A DNA stretch of 64,000 bases from a virus. A model generated the notes under the pieces. That model was not told the DNA's origin and ran no database searches. It worked only from the letters and a program-made list of their open reading frames with translations. The stretch is from IMG/VR virus record IMGVR_UViG_3300033143_002274, positions 1 to 64,000 of that record; one strand, given 5' to 3'. Made by a program: the position numbers and the translations under genes. This document shows, piece after piece, positions 17,766 to 27,298 of the stretch (position 1 is its first letter; each line of letters opens with the position of its first letter).

Positions 17766-18545
17766 TTAATGTCTGACGTAAGCTACTAATTCTTTGCCGT
17801 TCCAACAAGTACGACATTTCTTACAGTTACCAACCGCTTTAATGGATGGTTGATTTTTTGTCTTACTCTGTGGTACTTCTCCATCTACACTTAATGACGA
17901 TGGACATATCACTACACCTTTCGGTACACCAAATTTAACCCATTGTCTAGCAGTCTTAATATCAACAACGGTACTGCCATCACCTTTGACAAATGTGCCA
18001 TCTACCTGACCAGAACTACGTCTGACCTTCACATTCTTTAATTTGTCCATCTTGTCAATGACAACTGCCAGTTTGGGTATGTCATGCGACATAGTGGGAA
18101 ACCAATGAGTTACATGTTTAGTTTTCTTCATTACTTCTAATATCTTTTCAGCTAACTTAGGATGATAAACATCACCACTGTCAAACCAACGCATCTTTCT
18201 GACTTCTTCTAACACTTCAACCATGTCATCCACCCATCCACTACGTTTCCAATCTTTTTGATTGTGTGTACGAGGATCTTTTACGTTTGGTCTTATGAAA
18301 TTTCCCTTCTTTGCATAACATGATATGCATGATGGTTTTAGTTCACCTGTTGTTGGACACTTACTGCCGGGACAGGTAATCCCAGCATTCAGACTCCAAG
18401 ATGGTACATTTTTTGGCATCTTAGCACCCTGTGACATTTTGATATCTTCAGATGCTTCAGTAATAAAGTCACTGTCATTCCATGATACTGGAATGTTAGT
18501 GAGTGCTTCTTGTATTTCATGTTCAATTAAATGGTCAAGTTTCAT
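17766..18545 (-). CDS. Gp88-like Cys-rich (radical-SAM-related) protein
   Basis: WSL.AG.TCPG...C..CYA.KG, RWFDSGD, HWFPT, C-terminal C..C..CW. Confidence 0.75.
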   Translation of the reverse strand: MKLDHLIEHEIQEALTNIPVSWNDSDFITEASEDIKMSQGAKMPKNVPSWSLNAGITCPGSKCPTTGELKPSCISCYAKKGNFIRPNVKDPRTHNQKDWKRSGWVDDMVEVLEEVRKMRWFDSGDVYHPKLAEKILEVMKKTKHVTHWFPTMSHDIPKLAVVIDKMDKLKNVKVRRSSGQVDGTFVKGDGSTVVDIKTARQWVKFGVPKGVVICPSSLSVDGEVPQSKTKNQPSIKAVGNCKKCRTCWNGKELVAYVRH

Positions 18546-18550
18546 TTAAG

Positions 18551-18565
18551 TATTTATGATAAATA
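18551..18565. promoter_or_regulatory. divergent pair of late promoters
   Basis: TATTTAT-G-ATAAATA, each 5 nt from an ATG. Confidence 0.8.
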
Positions 18566-18570
18566 CCAAT

Positions 18571-19131
18571 ATGGCAGTAACCAGCGCACAAAGAAAGGAT
18601 TGGGAACAATTATATGATGGATTCGACACAAAAGATGTGGGTGCGGGTACGATAGACCCCAACATATATGCAACCGATTCCTATCGTAAAAAGAAAGTTA
18701 AGAAGATTATGATTGGGGGTCTGAACCGTATCGTTTATGGTGGTGCAGAACATGACAACAATCCATTGGCACTAACTATCTTTTACAATCCTAAGTATGG
18801 TGCTGTTCTTTCCTATAATCTTGATTATGCTCCTAAGAAAGTCCGTAAGGCAATGATTGATTTTGTGATTAAGTCTAATATCAAACGAATCAAGAAAGGC
18901 CAGCCGATGATCATAGATTATTACACCCTGAAGAAAGCAATCCCTGTATCAACAAAGATTGTAAGATTGTACAAAATACAATTGATTAGGGTAGTTGAAA
19001 CATTCCCATTGAACAGTTGGGGTACTGCTATTGGTCAAAAATCATCTTGGCAGAATCACTATAAGAAGTCTTCTGGCAACGATTCTTCAATCAAGAAATT
19101 TATAAAATCAGTGAAGGGATTCTTCAGTTAA
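18571..19131 (+). CDS. DNA end protector-like protein (gp2-like)
   Basis: Y......D..PL......N..Y.P...R pattern; late promoter. Confidence 0.6.
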   Translation: MAVTSAQRKDWEQLYDGFDTKDVGAGTIDPNIYATDSYRKKKVKKIMIGGLNRIVYGGAEHDNNPLALTIFYNPKYGAVLSYNLDYAPKKVRKAMIDFVIKSNIKRIKKGQPMIIDYYTLKKAIPVSTKIVRLYKIQLIRVVETFPLNSWGTAIGQKSSWQNHYKKSSGNDSSIKKFIKSVKGFFS

Positions 19132-19463
19132 TAAGAATCACGTTTCTCAAAATCATTCTCTTTAAGAAGTGTAGTCAAATCTTGTCCGTCTGTTAGTTCA
19201 ACAGAGGCAATGTAACGTCCGTACTTACCTGTTTTAGATGTTCTGATGATAATGTAAGTATCTAACATCAATGCTGTCACAAACGCTTTAGCGGCGTTAC
19301 CATGAGTACGTTCAGCTTCATTTGTTGGTCTGTATGATTCAGGTGTGTCTATATCAGCTAATCTTAGCTTGGTTGTGATAGTCATTTGAAAACCAACATC
19401 AATTTCACATTCAAACGTATCACCATCTAAAATTCTTATAACTTTCGCTTTGTATGTATACAT
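19128..19463 (-). CDS. thermonuclease (SNase) family
   Basis: DGDT, RLADIDTPE, GKYGRYIA. Confidence 0.92.
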   Translation of the reverse strand: MYTYKAKVIRILDGDTFECEIDVGFQMTITTKLRLADIDTPESYRPTNEAERTHGNAAKAFVTALMLDTYIIIRTSKTGKYGRYIASVELTDGQDLTTLLKENDFEKRDSY

Positions 19464-19471
19464 GGTTGTAT

Positions 19472-19984
19472 TTATATGAAATCAAACGTAACGTTATCCT
19501 TACCTAACAACCCAATATTGTTATACTCGTAATCGTACCCTTCTTTTGTTAAGTACCGTGACAAGTTACCTGAATCAGTCTCCGCAGCCCTTACGTCTAT
19601 ACCTTCATCACTAAATGGTCGGTACTTCTTACCACCAATCCCAGTATGCCAAACTTTAGCAAAAGCCTTATGAGTAATAGCATTTATGACTTCATCCGTT
19701 CTTTTAAGGTTAGTATCGTTTACAACCAAAATATGAAAATGTGGCGCACCTGATTTATGTCTTTCTAATACAACAACACCTTTCATATAATTAATCTTAT
19801 GTTTGGTGAAGCTATTACGATATAACATTCTATTACAATTGTATAACGCATGATTTAACTTATCCAAACATACCTTATCACTAAACTTATACTTAAATGT
19901 AACTGTGATCATTCTAACTACATCTAAATTATTCATAAACTCTATATAACTATTCTTTAACTTTAACTTATCTTCTTTAAACAT
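19472..19984 (-). CDS. HUH endonuclease (rolling-circle Rep/Y1-like)
   Basis: Motif 1 MITVTF, motif 2 PHFHILV, motif 3 YLTK. Confidence 0.8.
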   Translation of the reverse strand: MFKEDKLKLKNSYIEFMNNLDVVRMITVTFKYKFSDKVCLDKLNHALYNCNRMLYRNSFTKHKINYMKGVVVLERHKSGAPHFHILVVNDTNLKRTDEVINAITHKAFAKVWHTGIGGKKYRPFSDEGIDVRAAETDSGNLSRYLTKEGYDYEYNNIGLLGKDNVTFDFI

Positions 19985-20681
19985 TGTATAACCTTATTAT
20001 AATTATTAGGTACTACTATGAAACCAAGACACCTAAATGTAATGATTTCATAACGCCTATAACTTAGTCCCAACACATTATGTTAAAGACCTTAATAAAT
20101 TACAGACGTAATTCTACCCCGTATAACTCCGATAAGGATAAACTTAATCGTAAATTATAATTAGATTTGAATAATATTTGAACAATAATATGAACTAACA
20201 CAGGTAAAATTAATCTTATGTTAGATTTTTGGCGCAAGCACCAAAAAAAAATGTTCAATCAAATCTAAGTAACTGTGAGTATTGCAAGCGTTCGTATCGT
20301 GAACCATTCGCTCCGACCTCACTTTATCAAAAAATCTGAATGGTAGAGAACACCAGACTTACATAAATCTTAAACTTATGTAAATCACATCGTCTGTTTT
20401 AAACATCCTTGTGCTTGTTTGTGATCGCTCTTGTTACTAGAGTTGGATCGGGGTAGGGTGTTAGACATTCATCCTGAAATGTCCCATAGTTTTTAGCCCC
20501 CTCACAGTATCCAAAGTTTTAAGTCTATGATTTTAATTTAGACTTTTGTTCTTATCATCTTCTTGTTTTTATTCGCGTGTAGTGGCAGCAATCAGAATCT
20601 CACAAATCCACTGTGCAGTAATCTTAAGTAATCTTGGTTATCTTATTTAGTAATCTTATTATTATCTTAATTATTATCAAT

Positions 20682-20987
20682 CTATAACAACCTGAAATGA
20701 ATCAGATCTATATTATCTTGTATGTATTTGTAGAAGAAGTCAAGTTCTATTCCAAATTTATCATTGTAAGAAGTACTTATGGGTTCATATAAAGGATCAT
20801 CTATACCCAGAACAGATATATAATCATCGTACTCCAAATCATTTATTATTACCACACACAATAAATGTATATCAAATACCAGATGACCCTCGCCAAATCT
20901 GTTATACAACTTATACTTACTCAGATAAGATGTATGTATCTCAGGAAAATTTTCTATTACTTGTTGGGTGAAGTATTCAGGGGTCAT
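20682..20987 (-). CDS. hypothetical protein (shared C-terminal motif family)
   Basis: Ends IQDNIDLIHFRLL. Confidence 0.7.
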   Translation of the reverse strand: MTPEYFTQQVIENFPEIHTSYLSKYKLYNRFGEGHLVFDIHLLCVVIINDLEYDDYISVLGIDDPLYEPISTSYNDKFGIELDFFYKYIQDNIDLIHFRLL

Positions 20988-21304
20988 AACATTTTGAATG
21001 CCATCAACTCATTTATGTTTGGTTCTTGGGCAACCCATTGGTATATTCGTTTGTTAAGTAATAACCAGTTACCATATTCCACTTTCATAGCATCGAAAGA
21101 ATCAACAATGTTATTTTGGTTCATCAACTTGTAAACGATACACCGTAATACAACTGTACTACAACTTGGCAAAACGTGTAAGGTTTCCCCAACATCAGCA
21201 TCAAGACCTTTGTTTATAGTATGCATGGCATATGCAACTACCGCAGGGAATTCCTGTTGTATTCTCTTAACCACCACTCTGGCATTCCATCTACTCTGGC
21301 TCAT
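20984..21304 (-). CDS. hypothetical protein, paralog of 21675..22004
   Basis: I..E(F/Y)P, LL.KRIY.W, ELMAFKML. Confidence 0.75.
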   Translation of the reverse strand: MSQSRWNARVVVKRIQQEFPAVVAYAMHTINKGLDADVGETLHVLPSCSTVVLRCIVYKLMNQNNIVDSFDAMKVEYGNWLLLNKRIYQWVAQEPNINELMAFKML

Positions 21305-21678
21305 ACCTTGTACCCATTTTTTTTAAAATAGGCAATCGTCTTATTATCACAAGTAAATATGGCATCTTCTATTGCATACCCAACTTCTTTAGGGGTTCTG
21401 GTTTTACGTTTAGCCACATTGATCCATTTTACCCTTTGATCTTCACGTAAATCGTTTAGCATACGAAGAATCATAGCATGAGCATACGACAACACACCTT
21501 TATCAGATTCACATCTGGTGATCCAACCTCGACCTACGTTTAATACTTTTGCTAATCCCTCTTGGGTCAGCCTCAGATTTTCTCTGATGTTTTTCAATTC
21601 ATCTGATGTCATTGTTACAGTGTTATCCACGTAATCAATGAGTTCCAATGCAATACGATCTGAATGTGTAAGTATCAT
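21301..21678 (-). CDS. XRE-family HTH protein
   Basis: ELKNIRENLRLTQEGLAKVLNV....I.R.E. Confidence 0.85.
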   Translation of the reverse strand: MILTHSDRIALELIDYVDNTVTMTSDELKNIRENLRLTQEGLAKVLNVGRGWITRCESDKGVLSYAHAMILRMLNDLREDQRVKWINVAKRKTRTPKEVGYAIEDAIFTCDNKTIAYFKKNGYKV

Positions 21679-22004
21679 AACATCCTCATTTGAATAAGTT
21701 CTTGATGGGTATTAATCCAATTGTAAATTCTACGATAGAGTATTGAGTACTTGCCGCGTTTGACACCCATGTATTCAAATACTTTGTTAGTACCTTTATA
21801 TTCAACCACAACCAATCTATCAACTATACGAAAAATCATTTTTGGATTATCAGCAGCATAATGAAAAAACATTAAATCATTCGTATTCATCCAACTGATG
21901 ATGTATGGATACTCAGATTCAATCTTATCCATCAACTTAGTTGCAGTCATTCTTTTTTGGCGTTCTGAAATCATTTGAAATGATATTCTGATATTAGCTG
22001 ACAC
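21675..22004 (-). CDS. hypothetical protein, paralog of 20984..21304
   Basis: IESEYP, ILYRRIYNW, ELIQMRML. Confidence 0.75.
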   Translation of the reverse strand: MSANIRISFQMISERQKRMTATKLMDKIESEYPYIISWMNTNDLMFFHYAADNPKMIFRIVDRLVVVEYKGTNKVFEYMGVKRGKYSILYRRIYNWINTHQELIQMRML

Positions 22005-22276
22005 CCAGACTTCTTAACGTACTGTTTACGTTTGTCTATTGGCATTGATGCAACCTTACGTAAAAGTTTTGCATGTTTCTTATCAACTGTTAACGTTGGG
22101 TTAGTGGAAGTTTCGTATACACGAACAGCAGTTTTGTCACTCTTAAGGAAACATACCATACCTTCTCTGGTAAGATCCAAAGCTATTCTGATCTTCTTGA
22201 ATTCGAATTGTGTCATGCCAGCACCATCATCACGCCCGATACCGGCATGTATTCTTTCACACTGTGTTATCTTCAT
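21971..22276 (-). CDS. XRE-family HTH protein, paralog of 21301..21678
   Basis: MT..EFKKIR..L.LTREG...YE. Confidence 0.7.
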   Translation of the reverse strand: MKITQCERIHAGIGRDDGAGMTQFEFKKIRIALDLTREGMVCFLKSDKTAVRVYETSTNPTLTVDKKHAKLLRKVASMPIDKRKQYVKKSGCQLISEYHFK

Positions 22277-22485
22277 TTGTTCTTACCTTTCTGGAAGTAG
22301 TAATCAATTTTGTTTAAGAAACGTTCATCACAACTATGCATTGCAGCTTCCTTAGTGATGAATCCACCAATGGGATGCACATCACCATCATAACTTCTCA
22401 CGTAGTAATACCATTTGTTATCGGCAAAGAAGAATCTGTCTGATGAAAAATGTACATCATCATATTTGTCGGTCTGTCGCTTCAT
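22273..22485 (-). CDS. DUF6316-like small protein
   Basis: SDRFF....WYY..R......G.F.TKEAA. Confidence 0.6.
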   Translation of the reverse strand: MKRQTDKYDDVHFSSDRFFFADNKWYYYVRSYDGDVHPIGGFITKEAAMHSCDERFLNKIDYYFQKGKNK

Positions 22486-22832
22486 ACTTTAAATTCCCAC
22501 GATTTAAGTTTGGCCTTTAGCCTGTCTGCTGGATACGTCTGGATCACTCTGTCTAAATCATCAAATGATAATTCTTCATCGACATCCAATCTGAGAATAC
22601 GAGGGTACATGGCCTGATCCATTCGTATTCTTAATTCTGTATATTTTACGTAGTTGTTGATAAGTGAACGTTTACGTTCAACTTCTTCAGGGACATGTGA
22701 TAGTTCTTTGGCAGCATCATAAGTTTGTGTGTCCATCATAACCAACACATCACTGTCATCAATAACATACAATGAATCTACTGATGGGGGTTCGAACATT
22801 TCTGCCCTGATTGAAAATAAATGTATGAACAT
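22482..22832 (-). CDS. hypothetical protein
   Basis: Coupled ORF. Confidence 0.7.
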   Translation of the reverse strand: MFIHLFSIRAEMFEPPSVDSLYVIDDSDVLVMMDTQTYDAAKELSHVPEEVERKRSLINNYVKYTELRIRMDQAMYPRILRLDVDEELSFDDLDRVIQTYPADRLKAKLKSWEFKV

Positions 22833-23089
22833 TATAACTCCCTCATTACTACCATTTCTTGAACGATATCTAATCCAGCATCAGTAAGATACCACCAGTA
22901 ATACTTTTGTTTAATTCTGTCACCTTTGTGACTTGTAAGTATGATACCCTTACGTTCCAGTTCCTGAAATTTGTTTGGTCTTCCCATACACGAAAACTTA
23001 TCATTACGATTACTCAGTCTTTTGTGTATTATGAATCTGTTAACCACATCATTTAACACAGTAATATCATCGTCAGTGAAGTCTATCAT
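22832..23089 (-). CDS. winged-helix-like small protein
   Basis: LERKGII...YLTDAG. Confidence 0.6.
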   Translation of the reverse strand: MIDFTDDDITVLNDVVNRFIIHKRLSNRNDKFSCMGRPNKFQELERKGIILTSHKGDRIKQKYYWWYLTDAGLDIVQEMVVMREL

Positions 23090-23283
23090 AGCAGAAAAAA
23101 CTCAATTTTAGTAATGTTATTTCTGATGAATTCCAGATATGTTATCCGAAAATAATTAACTGGTTTATTTCTGGTATTAGTAGGAGGTATAAATCCTGCT
23201 TTACGCGCAGCCCTATAACGGTCATTACCATTTTTTATAGGCATCAATCTGTTAAGTACTCGTATGTATTTTTCATCTGTCAT
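23086..23283 (-). CDS. paralog family member
   Basis: MT..KY.R....L.P...AGF.PP...YLEFIR.N...IEF..L. Confidence 0.75.
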   Translation of the reverse strand: MTDEKYIRVLNRLMPIKNGNDRYRAARKAGFIPPTNTRNKPVNYFRITYLEFIRNNITKIEFFLL

Positions 23284-23489
23284 AATATTTCAAACTCAAT
23301 TCTGGCAACGTTGTATCTGATGAATTCCAGATATGCCACATGAAACTCGTGAGTAGCTGAATACTCAGTAACATACTTGTGTTGTGGGGGTACAAACCCA
23401 GCAGCCCTTACAATATCAAATCGTTCATTACCTCTTTCAAAATTCGGCAATAATTTCTTGATTGCTCGTTGATATTTTTCAAGTGTCAT
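23280..23489 (-). CDS. paralog family member
   Basis: Same pattern as 23086..23283. Confidence 0.75.
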   Translation of the reverse strand: MTLEKYQRAIKKLLPNFERGNERFDIVRAAGFVPPQHKYVTEYSATHEFHVAYLEFIRYNVARIEFEIL

Positions 23490-23698
23490 AATAAATGGAA
23501 CGCCACTAACTCTTTGTTGTATCTGAGGAATTCAATTGCAATAATTCTGGCATAATTTGACCTTGCTTTGCCACAACTTCTATCTGGAATGGATGAATCA
23601 TTCATCCCCAATGTCTGAAGAAATTGATACATTTCCGTAAATTTTTGAGGCATTGGGTAATGTCTGTTAACCAACCGTTTGTATCTTGTAAGTGTCAT
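23486..23698 (-). CDS. paralog family member
   Basis: MTL.RY.R...IEFLRYN. Confidence 0.75.
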   Translation of the reverse strand: MTLTRYKRLVNRHYPMPQKFTEMYQFLQTLGMNDSSIPDRSCGKARSNYARIIAIEFLRYNKELVAFHLL

Positions 23699-23727
23699 AA
23701 TCTACATTCCCAATTTCAATACGGGGA

Positions 23728-23756
23728 ATTATAGATTGAAAACAAAATTAAGTCAA
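23728..23756 (-). promoter_or_regulatory. sigma70-type early promoter
   Basis: TTGACT-17-TATAAT with the same TTTTCAATC extension as at 5059. Confidence 0.85.
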
Positions 23757-23762
23757 GCGGTA

Positions 23763-24041
23763 TTAGCCTAGATATTCTCTGGTTGTTTCCCAGACTGCTT
23801 TAGATTTGAGTGATGCCTTGAGTGTTCCATGAACGTCCTTACCCAGATGGCGTATGATACCATTAATCTGATCTTCCAGACGTTGTTTAGCCCAAGTTTT
23901 TTCTTCTGGTGTGCCGTACATCTGGTCAATACTCCAATACTGGTTAATCAATCTGATAACCTTCTGTAATGGGTTAGATCGTTCTTGTCTGTATGTTTTG
24001 CGCTCTTTCGAGTTAGCAGTGTTGAGTGTATGAGTTGTCAT
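23763..24041 (-). CDS. hypothetical protein
   Basis: ORF after a minus-strand late promoter. Confidence 0.7.
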   Translation of the reverse strand: MTTHTLNTANSKERKTYRQERSNPLQKVIRLINQYWSIDQMYGTPEEKTWAKQRLEDQINGIIRHLGKDVHGTLKASLKSKAVWETTREYLG

Positions 24042-24094
24042 AATTATCTTCTTTTACTTTTGATACTGGTATTTATCATGGCATAAATACGAGT

Positions 24095-24550
24095 ATGGAA
24101 TTAGATATTGGACATTGGGAAACCGAGTTAAACGAATTTGACCCAGAAGATTTTTATGGGTTTGTGTACAGGATTATTAATGTTGTTACAAATCAAGAGT
24201 ACATCGGAAAAAAACAATTGAAATCAAGGAACAGAGTCAAGGTTGCTGGACGCAAAAATCGTAAGATTGTTTTCAGGAATACCAATTGGAAGAAGTACAC
24301 ATCAAGCAGTAAACGAATCAATGAAGAAATAGAAGAACATGGTAAGGAACGATTCAGATTTATTATCATATCCTTACACGTCAGTAAGGGATCACTTGTC
24401 TACAAAGAAATCTTTCTTCAGATAACAGAGAATGTGATGCGTGAGAAGTTACCTGATGGTACACGTAAGTACTACAATGGAAACATTGGCAGCGTTAAAT
24501 TTTTACCACCTGATGAAACATTACTCGAATCACAATTCAAAGTTTGTTAA
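24095..24550 (+). CDS. GIY-YIG family endonuclease
   Basis: GFVYRI.N......YIGKK, W..Y.SS, E, YYN. Confidence 0.85.
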   Translation: MELDIGHWETELNEFDPEDFYGFVYRIINVVTNQEYIGKKQLKSRNRVKVAGRKNRKIVFRNTNWKKYTSSSKRINEEIEEHGKERFRFIIISLHVSKGSLVYKEIFLQITENVMREKLPDGTRKYYNGNIGSVKFLPPDETLLESQFKVC

Positions 24551-24903
24551 AGTTTATCCATAAGTTGTTTCTGTTTATCAAAATTACGATATTTTATAAA
24601 AAAATATAGGGAAAACGCGCATAATATCAGTTGAACAATTGATGATATTGTATTACGTCCATCAAAAAACCATACAAAAGATATAAAAAACACATTGTAC
24701 AGATTCAATATCCACATACTAAGATGAAATTTATTCGCAATGATGCTGCTGCCCCACTTGAATGATCTTCTGGCACGTTTCATATGGAACTTATAATCAT
24801 CAATATTATTAGGTTGCCATTCCGCATTCCTAATAGCATACTTAATGGGACTGTGCTTATCATACAGACGTTTGGCAAAGTTAAATGATATGAGTGAACC
24901 CAT
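24547..24903 (-). CDS. membrane hypothetical protein
   Basis: Two TM segments. Confidence 0.6.
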   Translation of the reverse strand: MGSLISFNFAKRLYDKHSPIKYAIRNAEWQPNNIDDYKFHMKRARRSFKWGSSIIANKFHLSMWILNLYNVFFISFVWFFDGRNTISSIVQLILCAFSLYFFIKYRNFDKQKQLMDKL

Positions 24904-27139
24904 TTTCTTTTACGACCTTCATGATGTTGTCAACTTCTGTTACAAGATCATCCCTGTGTGATATCAGGAATACGTTTTCATTTTTGTGTTCTTTAAGTAA
25001 TTTGAAGATTGCATGGAAACCACTTGCGTCAATTCCGTTATCAAGCAATTCATCAATACCCAAGAAGTTAAACTTAAACCCAGACACACTCATTAAGTCC
25101 CTGAATGCCATACTCACTGAGAAGTCTAACCGGCCTCGTTCGCCATTAGAAAGATTACCGTAGCTCACTGAGTTCTGCATGTAATCTATATCAACTGTCA
25201 GATCATTATTGATAGTAACAATATGAGGCAATTCCAACTTCATTGTGTACTCGGCAATCTTCTGATTGATATAAGGGATGTATTGGTCTAACAAATTCTT
25301 TCTGATGAATGATTTGTTATCAGTCAACATCTTAATCAATAATTTGTAATGTGATTCCTTTTCTTTCAAATTGAAAAGCACAGATTCATCATACTCAACC
25401 AACTCAGCTTTAGATCGTATCAACTGGTCAACATATGGGTTAGTTTCTTCATTGACTTTTATCAATTGTTTACGAAGATTCTTCAGTGTGGAAATAATTT
25501 CAATACACTCAGCATCAGTATAAACTTCTTTGGGGAGTGAGGTTGACAAATTGCCAACTTCAACTTCATAAGATATTTTGCTTTCGTTTGCGTCTACTCC
25601 AATACTGGTAACGGAAGCATCATATTCTTCATTAAGACTTTCTTTTTCTTTGTTGGTATCAGCAGTTATTTTGAGAAGTTCATCTTCTAACTTACCTTCT
25701 AGTTCCCGTTGCTTATCGCCCTGTTCCCGTTGAGAGACAACCAATAACTTATTCAATTCAGAATGAATGTTGTCTGTCAATTTAGTAAGTTCGGTAAGTT
25801 CATCTTCTGCTGTTGAAATTTCAGCTTTGAGATCGTGAACGCCAGCACCAACACTCTCGTTGTTTTTGCCTACTTCAATAGCATCTTCGTCAATGTGTTG
25901 TAGCTCACTATTTATTAAATCAATCTTATCATTATCAACATGCGTTTGTTTACAGTAAGGACATATGCCATCCATAAGATTCTTAAGTTCACCACGTAAT
26001 TTTTCTTCACTGTCAACCATAACTCTGAGTTGTTTGGCGTTATCAGTCAGGTAAGCAAGTGATTCTTTCAGGAGTGCTTTCTTTTCAATCAGACTTTTTT
26101 CAAGATTGCTTTTCTTGGTAATCAGATCTATTGATTTATCACTTGAATCAGATTCAAATTGACTACGTTCTTTTTGATATGATAAGGTTAGGTTAGATGA
26201 TTCTTCTTTATGGGCAGATTCAAATTCTGCAAAGATTTTAGCACCATCATTAGTAATCTTTTCCAATAACTGTACATGGATAGATGTAGCTTTAGCCATA
26301 TCTTGATCCTTAGTTTTATCTATGTCATCTATTGAAAGTTTGATTTTGGTGATAGCTTCTATCTGGTCACGGATTATCTGATTAGTCTTTTGTGTTGCCT
26401 CAACATCAATGAGTGACAACCCTTCAATCTCAGTCTCAGTATCCTTAACTTCATCCATATGACTTTGATTCCAGCTTTTAGACTGAGCATCCAATGATTC
26501 AATACGTGCAGTCACCTTATCAAAGTTACTGATGATATGACTTTTGTTCTGTTCTTCAAGTTTGATTTCAACAATCACATCTTTGTTTTTTGATTTGAGT
26601 GTGTTGGCACGTTCTGAGAGTACATCTAACCCCACCATTTTTTCCATGAAGTCACGTTGTGGTGATGGTTTCATCCCCATGAACGGAATTGTGGTGGTGT
26701 TTAACATAATGGTATTACAGAATGTATCAAAATTAATACCAATCAATTTCTCAATAGTTTCATCGACTGTCGCAGCAGAATGCATGGTGTAAGGTTCACC
26801 ATCTTTCAATACTTCACACACAGCAGGTTTACGCCCACGTCTGATGACGAATTCAATATCGTCCACAACCATTTCAATTTCAACAACCATTTTCTTTTTG
26901 TTGATGACATTGACAAATGCATCTTGTCTGATGTTACTGATACCTTCATTGAACAGTACCCATGATATTGCTTGGAATATGGTAGACTTACCAACACCAT
27001 TTCTGCTGTACCCTTCAGTACCCACATCTTTGTTGACACCAAGTATTAAGGTGGTGTCATGTTCATTCAATTGAATGGTAATGGGTTTATGACCGAACGA
27101 CAGAAAATTTTGAATGGTTATTTTTTTGAACTCAATCAT
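24881..27139 (-). CDS. gp46: recombination endonuclease ATPase subunit (gp46/SbcC/Rad50-like)
   Basis: NFLS, NGVGKST Walker A, CPYC zinc hook, LSNGE signature, IDE Walker B, ISH. Confidence 0.95.
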   Translation of the reverse strand: MIEFKKITIQNFLSFGHKPITIQLNEHDTTLILGVNKDVGTEGYSRNGVGKSTIFQAISWVLFNEGISNIRQDAFVNVINKKKMVVEIEMVVDDIEFVIRRGRKPAVCEVLKDGEPYTMHSAATVDETIEKLIGINFDTFCNTIMLNTTTIPFMGMKPSPQRDFMEKMVGLDVLSERANTLKSKNKDVIVEIKLEEQNKSHIISNFDKVTARIESLDAQSKSWNQSHMDEVKDTETEIEGLSLIDVEATQKTNQIIRDQIEAITKIKLSIDDIDKTKDQDMAKATSIHVQLLEKITNDGAKIFAEFESAHKEESSNLTLSYQKERSQFESDSSDKSIDLITKKSNLEKSLIEKKALLKESLAYLTDNAKQLRVMVDSEEKLRGELKNLMDGICPYCKQTHVDNDKIDLINSELQHIDEDAIEVGKNNESVGAGVHDLKAEISTAEDELTELTKLTDNIHSELNKLLVVSQREQGDKQRELEGKLEDELLKITADTNKEKESLNEEYDASVTSIGVDANESKISYEVEVGNLSTSLPKEVYTDAECIEIISTLKNLRKQLIKVNEETNPYVDQLIRSKAELVEYDESVLFNLKEKESHYKLLIKMLTDNKSFIRKNLLDQYIPYINQKIAEYTMKLELPHIVTINNDLTVDIDYMQNSVSYGNLSNGERGRLDFSVSMAFRDLMSVSGFKFNFLGIDELLDNGIDASGFHAIFKLLKEHKNENVFLISHRDDLVTEVDNIMKVVKENGFTHII

Positions 27140-27298
27140 TGGTGAAATCTCTCCATATATCTTTGTATGCTGGAATCACATGGTCAACAATATAATCTTT
27201 CAAGGAACAAGGGATAGCACATACCATTTCAACTACACCAAATATGATAGAAACCACAGTTGCCACGATTAATCTGTATATCAATGTTATAAATTTCA

